This document shows, piece by piece, positions 58,712 through 64,000 of a stretch of 64,000 bases of DNA. Where the stretch lies: NCBI GenBank assembly GCA_964426735.1, contig CAYRRP010000002.1:6582-70581 (forward strand). The letters are read 5' to 3'. Source of the stretch: an uncultured Candidatus Saccharibacteria bacterium. Its GTDB lineage: Bacteria > Patescibacteriota > Minisyncoccia > Phycocordibacterales > DATDWN01. The notes beneath the pieces are model-generated. The model was not told the origin of the DNA, did no database searches, and saw only the letters and a program-made list of their open reading frames with translations. The translations under genes were made by a program, and so were the position numbers. The stretch's first letter is position 1. Each line of letters begins with the position of its first letter.

Positions 58712-59005
58712 AAGATCACGACAAAATCCATCCTCTGTCTACCGGAAATTTGCTGGCTCAAACTGGGGATGATTTAACCTTTTAATATCAATTTAAAGTA
58801 GGTGAAATCCAAAAGCATTGACTCCTCTGAGTTCATATTGATATCTTAAGAATGTATAACTTGTAAGTATCAGTGAAGATTTATACATTTCCGCTTTACC
58901 GTAATTACATACTGAACATCAGAATTTTTAGCTTAATATAAGATTTATTTTATCGATTAATTCAAATCTAACTTCTCAAGTTCGATCTATTGAAGTAAAA
59001 CACAC

Positions 59006-59671
59006 ATGAAAACACTTAAAACTACGCTTTGCGTAATGGTTATTATTTTTGCTGCGAATTTATTTTTTGTTAAAACTACTTACGCACAAGTAGCAGTTGG
59101 TTCAGATAAGATTAGCACTTATGTAGTCCGGCAAGGAGATACTATTGGTGAAATTGCAGAAAAATTTGGTATTAACATTAAAACACTTTTGTTGGCAAAT
59201 GATATTAAAATAGCATCAAAAATAAAGATAGGACAAAAACTGTTAATACCGCCTGTTTCAAGTCAAGGCCTCGGAAAAAAAGTCTCTAACAACTTAATTA
59301 AAACTACTAAAGGTATCGGAAAAAAGGTTGCTTCCTTTTTTGTAAAACCCGTCAAGGCTGCTACAAAAACCCAAGGAATTCATGGAAAGAATGGGGTTGA
59401 TCTTGCTGCGAAGGAGGATACTCCTATTCTCGCTGCTGCTAACGGAAAAGTGACAGTGAGCCAAACTGGATGGAATGGTGGGTATGGTAATTATGTCGTT
59501 ATAACTCATAACAATGGACTTCAAACATTGTACGCTCACAATAATGAAAATCTGGTCTCTGTCGGAGACAAGGTCATTCAGGGACAAATCATTGCCCATA
59601 TGGGTTCTACAGGTAAATCTACAGGTAGCCACGTTCATTTTGAGGTGAGAGGTGGGAAGAACCCATTCTAG
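59006..59671 (+). CDS. LysM plus M23 peptidase
   Basis: YVVRQGDTIGEIA LysM; H..GVD, YAH, HVHFEV. Confidence 0.92.
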   Translation: MKTLKTTLCVMVIIFAANLFFVKTTYAQVAVGSDKISTYVVRQGDTIGEIAEKFGINIKTLLLANDIKIASKIKIGQKLLIPPVSSQGLGKKVSNNLIKTTKGIGKKVASFFVKPVKAATKTQGIHGKNGVDLAAKEDTPILAAANGKVTVSQTGWNGGYGNYVVITHNNGLQTLYAHNNENLVSVGDKVIQGQIIAHMGSTGKSTGSHVHFEVRGGKNPF

Positions 59672-59741
59672 ATTTGAGTTTATTTAGAAATGCTGTAATG
59701 GATATATATTAATTGATGTGATAATATTCTTCTATCAAATT

Positions 59742-60125
59742 ATGTTTAAAAAGCATACAAGTCTAAAAGAAAGATTTTTGGGTGCCACTTTACTTGTTGC
59801 CCTTACAGTCTTTTTATCTTTCGGACATATATTACTGTCACCGTCTGTTGCATTCGCGAATGATAAGGTGCATAAGGATGAAGTACCACACGCTCCAGAT
59901 GCAGAAGAACATTCACCCTGTCCAACCGAGTTACATCTAACCATAAGTAATCGAGCAACATCCGATGACGACCAAAACTCTATTCCTAAGATTGATTATT
60001 TTCCTGTCACATTCTATTCAAACAGTACTTGTCTTGAAGACCATCTAATATCTTCGTACTTTTTCCCAATTGAAAAACTTCCACCCAGGCTTCCACAACA
60101 TCAAAAAACAAATCTGTTGATTTAG
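59742..60125 (+). CDS. Hypothetical exported His/Cys-containing protein
   Basis: TM/signal followed by HKDEVPH...HSPC and a PP motif near the C-terminus; precedes the metal operon. Confidence 0.55.
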   Translation: MFKKHTSLKERFLGATLLVALTVFLSFGHILLSPSVAFANDKVHKDEVPHAPDAEEHSPCPTELHLTISNRATSDDDQNSIPKIDYFPVTFYSNSTCLEDHLISSYFFPIEKLPPRLPQHQKTNLLI

Positions 60126-60202
60126 AAGAGTCCTAACACCTCGCGGCATATATATGCACGAGTTTGTTTCTATTATTTAGCGAACTCTAATCTAAAACAA
60201 CT

Positions 60203-61105
60203 ATGAATAAATTAATTTATATTATTATCGGCATCCTAGTGATAGGAGGCGGAACATATTATATAACTACACAAAATAAGACTGAATCAGTGGCTTCTGA
60301 GGTTAGCAAAGAGGAATCGAAAGACTCTGTGACCAAAGAAAATATGAATGCTAACAACATGATGGCATCAGATATGGCTGTTCTTGCAGGAACGCGGGTT
60401 ATTTTGAAAAATTCGTCCTTCAAAGCCGGAAGTCAGAATATTCCATTTGAACTCTACGGCAAGGACGGACATCTATTTAGCGATGCTGAGTTAAAAATTA
60501 CCCATGAAAAAAAGATGCATTTCATTATGGTTTCATCTGATTTTTCAGATTACCAACACGTACATCCAGAATTCAAAGATAAATTATGGCAGGCACCAGT
60601 TATCCTAAAGAACAATATTGCATATCAAGCTTATGTCGATATTGATTCTGAAGCTGGCTTAGAAACTCTACGACTTCCTATAACTGTCGGTACTCCACAA
60701 ACAGTGTCAAAAGTCTCACAAAAAGAAACAACACTTACTAAGGATGGTATTGAAGTAAAAATGAAGGCAGAAAATGGTTTTGTCGCAGGTAAAGAAAATC
60801 TTGTTATTTTCACTGTTTCAAAGGCAGGTAAAACAATTATTCCTCAAAATTACCTAGGCGCAAAAGGTCACGTAGTAGCACTTGGGGATGATCCAAACAC
60901 ATTCATACACGGACATCCTGATGATCATGGAGATAATGAAATTCACTTCGCCTTTGGTTTTAAAAAGGCCGGAATATACACACTCTTTGCGCAATTCCAA
61001 GTTGAAGGTGTAGTTCGCACATATCCTTTTACTGTGACAGTAACTGGCGCAATAAGTTCTATCGATGAGAGTAAGCCTCATACCGATACCGTTCAACATA
61101 ACTAA
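60203..61105 (+). CDS. Exported heavy-metal-binding protein
   Basis: HEKKMHFI, YQHVHP, YLGAKGH, FIHGHP, YTLFAQFQ. Confidence 0.75.
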   Translation: MNKLIYIIIGILVIGGGTYYITTQNKTESVASEVSKEESKDSVTKENMNANNMMASDMAVLAGTRVILKNSSFKAGSQNIPFELYGKDGHLFSDAELKITHEKKMHFIMVSSDFSDYQHVHPEFKDKLWQAPVILKNNIAYQAYVDIDSEAGLETLRLPITVGTPQTVSKVSQKETTLTKDGIEVKMKAENGFVAGKENLVIFTVSKAGKTIIPQNYLGAKGHVVALGDDPNTFIHGHPDDHGDNEIHFAFGFKKAGIYTLFAQFQVEGVVRTYPFTVTVTGAISSIDESKPHTDTVQHN

Positions 61106-61113
61106 ATAAATAT

Positions 61114-62919
61114 ATGAATGAAAAAATCTCTTTATATAAAAGCAGGTCTTTTGAGGTATTGCAAAAACTTTCTAAAACTCAAAAAACTTCTTTAATAATT
61201 ATAAGCACGGTTGTGGTCACAGGGTTAACAGGTGTTCTTGTGTACGCAGACGAGGGGCATGATAGCCCAGAACCAGTGGTACAACAATCTGAACAAGTTC
61301 TAGTAAGAAAAGTGGGTGATGTCGACCCTGATGCAATATCACAAGAAGGACTCAGTAGCTTCTACGGTGAAATAATATCAAAAGATATTGCTTCAATTAA
61401 CGCCTCACGTGAGGGTGTTATTAGTTCTTGGAATGTATCGGTGGGAGACAGAGTTTCAGCTGGGTCAGTTCTCGGTTATGTAACAGTTACCGGAGTGTCT
61501 CCTGAGCAACAGATGGCATTGGCTGAGCAACAAGCAAACGCCTTAAAAGCGCAACTTGATTTAGAGACGGCGAATAAGATTTCAATTCAAACTGAGTCAG
61601 TCTTTGATCAAATTGCAGAATCACTTAAATCTGTAGCAAACAAACAAAGATCAATTTACGATGGCTCAGACGGCACTTTTTCCTCTACATATCAAACAGA
61701 GCTACAAACTATTACCCAACTACAAACACAACTATCAAACAAATTACAAGATTTCGGAAATACTGCCTTAAATGAAATATATCCGCTTGTCGGGGGTTCT
61801 CAGGATAACTCACCATTTAATCAAAACTATTCCCCGACAAGTCTTATCTGGGCGTTTGGAGTGAAAAAGGACTCATTAAGAAATTCCTATGCACCTTTAA
61901 GTATTTTACTTGCGGAAAAAGTTAAGGCTCGAACAGTCACCGATCAAGATATTCGAAATTACTTAGACAAAACAATAGAAATGGTAGAGGCTTCTATTGC
62001 TATAGAAAATTTGGATCTAAAAAAAATTACTGAATCTGTAAAAAATTTACAAACTGAATTACGAGATATTAGTAGTGAACTTGCTCAAGCAACAATCGAC
62101 AAAGCCTCTAAAGAACGTGAACGAAGTCAGATAGACATTGAACTCTCAAGAAGTCTTGTTGGTTTTGAAAGTGACCTCAGTTTAAAAAAACTTGAGCAAC
62201 TTTCTGCGAGTGAGCGTGCAAAAAATGAAGCCAAGGGTGCACAACTCTTAGCACAAAAATTGGCAGTGAGTGCAGGTGGAGTAATTCCTATCCTTGCTGC
62301 TAAATCAGGGGTTGTGGCCACAATTGAAAAAAACGTCGGTGAATATATCACCATATCGGACCGTATAGGGTTTATATCTAACGCTAACCCACGAAAAAAC
62401 GTACGGTTCAGCATACCTGCTTCATGGAAGGATATAAGTAAGGGAGACACTCTCTTGATTTCTTGGAGACCAGAATATTCTATGGGAAGCGCTGTTATTA
62501 CAGGCATTAGTACAATTATTGATGAGAGAGGTGGTTATCAGGCTGAAGCTGTAATTTCCCAAGGTACAGTTTTCCCTGTTGGGGCATCAGTAAGAATTAT
62601 TCCAGAAAATTCTAAAAAAGGCGTATTCGTAAACAGGAAAGCCGTAGTATTTGAAGGAGTGCAACCATATGTATGGATAATTACAGAAAGTGATGCAGTG
62701 CGAAAACAAGAAGTAAAAATAGGAAGAGGCCTTGGCGAGTATGTTGAAATACTCTCAGGTCTTGAAAGAGAATTCTCATACCTTGTTATCCTTGATCCTT
62801 TAGTACAAATTAATTCAGGCATGATGCTTTCAGAAATTCTTAAAACAGAGCCAAAGGTCGAATCTGCTACTCCAGTAAAAATTCAAGACGAGAGTCAGCC
62901 TCACGGTCATGATGAATAA
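61114..62919 (+). CDS. RND efflux periplasmic adaptor (MFP) with long helical insertion
   Basis: Split lipoyl motifs (GVISSWNVSVGDRV and SGVVATIEKNVGE); terminal VEILSGL. Confidence 0.8.
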   Translation: MNEKISLYKSRSFEVLQKLSKTQKTSLIIISTVVVTGLTGVLVYADEGHDSPEPVVQQSEQVLVRKVGDVDPDAISQEGLSSFYGEIISKDIASINASREGVISSWNVSVGDRVSAGSVLGYVTVTGVSPEQQMALAEQQANALKAQLDLETANKISIQTESVFDQIAESLKSVANKQRSIYDGSDGTFSSTYQTELQTITQLQTQLSNKLQDFGNTALNEIYPLVGGSQDNSPFNQNYSPTSLIWAFGVKKDSLRNSYAPLSILLAEKVKARTVTDQDIRNYLDKTIEMVEASIAIENLDLKKITESVKNLQTELRDISSELAQATIDKASKERERSQIDIELSRSLVGFESDLSLKKLEQLSASERAKNEAKGAQLLAQKLAVSAGGVIPILAAKSGVVATIEKNVGEYITISDRIGFISNANPRKNVRFSIPASWKDISKGDTLLISWRPEYSMGSAVITGISTIIDERGGYQAEAVISQGTVFPVGASVRIIPENSKKGVFVNRKAVVFEGVQPYVWIITESDAVRKQEVKIGRGLGEYVEILSGLEREFSYLVILDPLVQINSGMMLSEILKTEPKVESATPVKIQDESQPHGHDE

Positions 62920-62924
62920 ATTCT

Positions 62925-64000
62925 ATGTTTAAAAAAATAGTTAGTTGGTCAACCATTAATAGGAATAAAACAATTTTCCTGGGATTACTAGTTACTCTCT
63001 TAGGAGTATATGCAGGCATGAATATGGAGGTTGATGTTTTGCCTAATATCAACAAACCCACCGTAATAGTTTTCGCAGAAGCAGACGGTCTTGCGCCCGA
63101 AGAAGTCGAAAAGGCAGTACTCGTACCGCTTGAAAATGCAGTTCTTGGCACTGCAGGTGTTGAAAGAGTTCGTGGAACAGCGTCTTTCGCATTAGGGATC
63201 GTCAATATCGAATTTCCATTTGGAAGTGATATTTACAAAAATCGACAATTAGTCCAAGAACGGATCTCCGCTGTTGCAGTACCTCCCAATGTAAAAGTTT
63301 CACTCGGGCCTGTTTCTTCTGTGATGGGTGAAATTATGTGGGCGGGTGTGAAAAGTAACTCTAATATCTCGCCGACTGATTTACGAACATATGTGGATTT
63401 CACTCTAAAACCAAACTTACTCAAGGTAAAAGGTATTTCTGATGTAATTGTTATGGGTGGAGATGTTCTTGAATGGCAGGTCAGACTCAATGCGGATGCT
63501 CTAAGTAAATACAAGATTACTCAAGAAGAAATAAATCTCGTACTGGAAAGAAATCTGCAAAATGCATCTGCAGGCATAATACAACAACAGAACAAAGAGT
63601 ACCCCGTTAGAATATTTGTGGCACCGAAAGAAATTAGTGAATTAGCAGATATTGCGATTCATACAGAAAATGGCCCTGTAAGATTAGGTGAGATTGCCTC
63701 CTTCGTAGAAGGGGCAAGTATAGTTCGAGGTGGTGCTTCTGTTGATGGTAGTCAGGGAATAATTCTTAGAATATTCAAACAACCTAATGCGGAAACGTTA
63801 AAAGTGACTAAGGAAGTGGATAGTCTTTTTGTAAATTTACAAAAAACAGCTCCAGCGGGAATTACACTACGAACAGATTTGTTTAGACAAGAATGGTTTA
63901 TTTCCGCCGGTCTATCGAACGTAGAAAAGGCATTAGTTGAGGCACTTATAATTGTTGCCGTTATTGTCTTTCTATTTTTAGTGAAATGGAAACCTACCCT
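62925..64000 (+). CDS. CusA/CzcA-family heavy-metal RND permease, 5' part (not in ORF track)
   Basis: Manual translation MFKKIVSWS...MEVDVLPNINKPTV...GLAPEEVEKAVLVPLENAV; runs off the right edge. Confidence 0.88.
   Translation, partial: MFKKIVSWSTINRNKTIFLGLLVTLLGVYAGMNMEVDVLPNINKPTVIVFAEADGLAPEEVEKAVLVPLENAVLGTAGVERVRGTASFALGIVNIEFPFGSDIYKNRQLVQERISAVAVPPNVKVSLGPVSSVMGEIMWAGVKSNSNISPTDLRTYVDFTLKPNLLKVKGISDVIVMGGDVLEWQVRLNADALSKYKITQEEINLVLERNLQNASAGIIQQQNKEYPVRIFVAPKEISELADIAIHTENGPVRLGEIASFVEGASIVRGGASVDGSQGIILRIFKQPNAETLKVTKEVDSLFVNLQKTAPAGITLRTDLFRQEWFISAGLSNVEKALVEALIIVAVIVFLFLVKWKPT

Larger units (their letters stand above)
56498..64000. mobile_element. Genomic island integrated at the tRNA-Thr 3' end (right end outside the window)
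   Basis: Serine integrase abutting the tRNA, followed by XRE, M23 and metal-efflux cargo. Confidence 0.7.

Noticed and set aside
58800-59005. Riboswitch upstream of LysM-M23
   Set aside because: AT-rich with only a short inverted repeat (aatgtataa/ttatacatt); no recognisable aptamer consensus.

Overview
AT-rich chromosomal segment from a reduced-genome bacterium; gene content and order point to Patescibacteria/Parcubacteria (inference), standard genetic code. Housekeeping blocks are rnj-oppA-secG, groES-groEL, lemA-TPM, nrdAB, gap-rpiB-rpe-tkt-pfkB-fba, rplY, rpmE-prfA and rpsB-tsf. They are interrupted by: (i) a carotenoid operon crtE-crtB-crtI at the left edge (crtI is missed by the ORF track); (ii) an IS481-family element; (iii) a decayed island after tRNA-Ser(GGA); (iv) many single-gene cassettes with their own promoter and terminator, including GC-rich PEP-CTERM proteins, an orphan Flp pilin and a 31-aa TM-RRR peptide that look borrowed from a diderm, possibly the host; (v) an island at tRNA-Thr(TGT). 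In that island a large serine recombinase is bracketed by a perfect 147-bp inverted repeat, so flipping the segment would swap the enzyme's C-terminus and place it downstream of the tRNA; its cargo is XRE, LysM-M23 and a heavy-metal RND set. Also seen: a class Ic-type (Tyr-less) RNR beta subunit, several families of long intergenic hairpins, and widespread leaderless-type gene starts. All family assignments come from motif recognition by eye, with no database searches.
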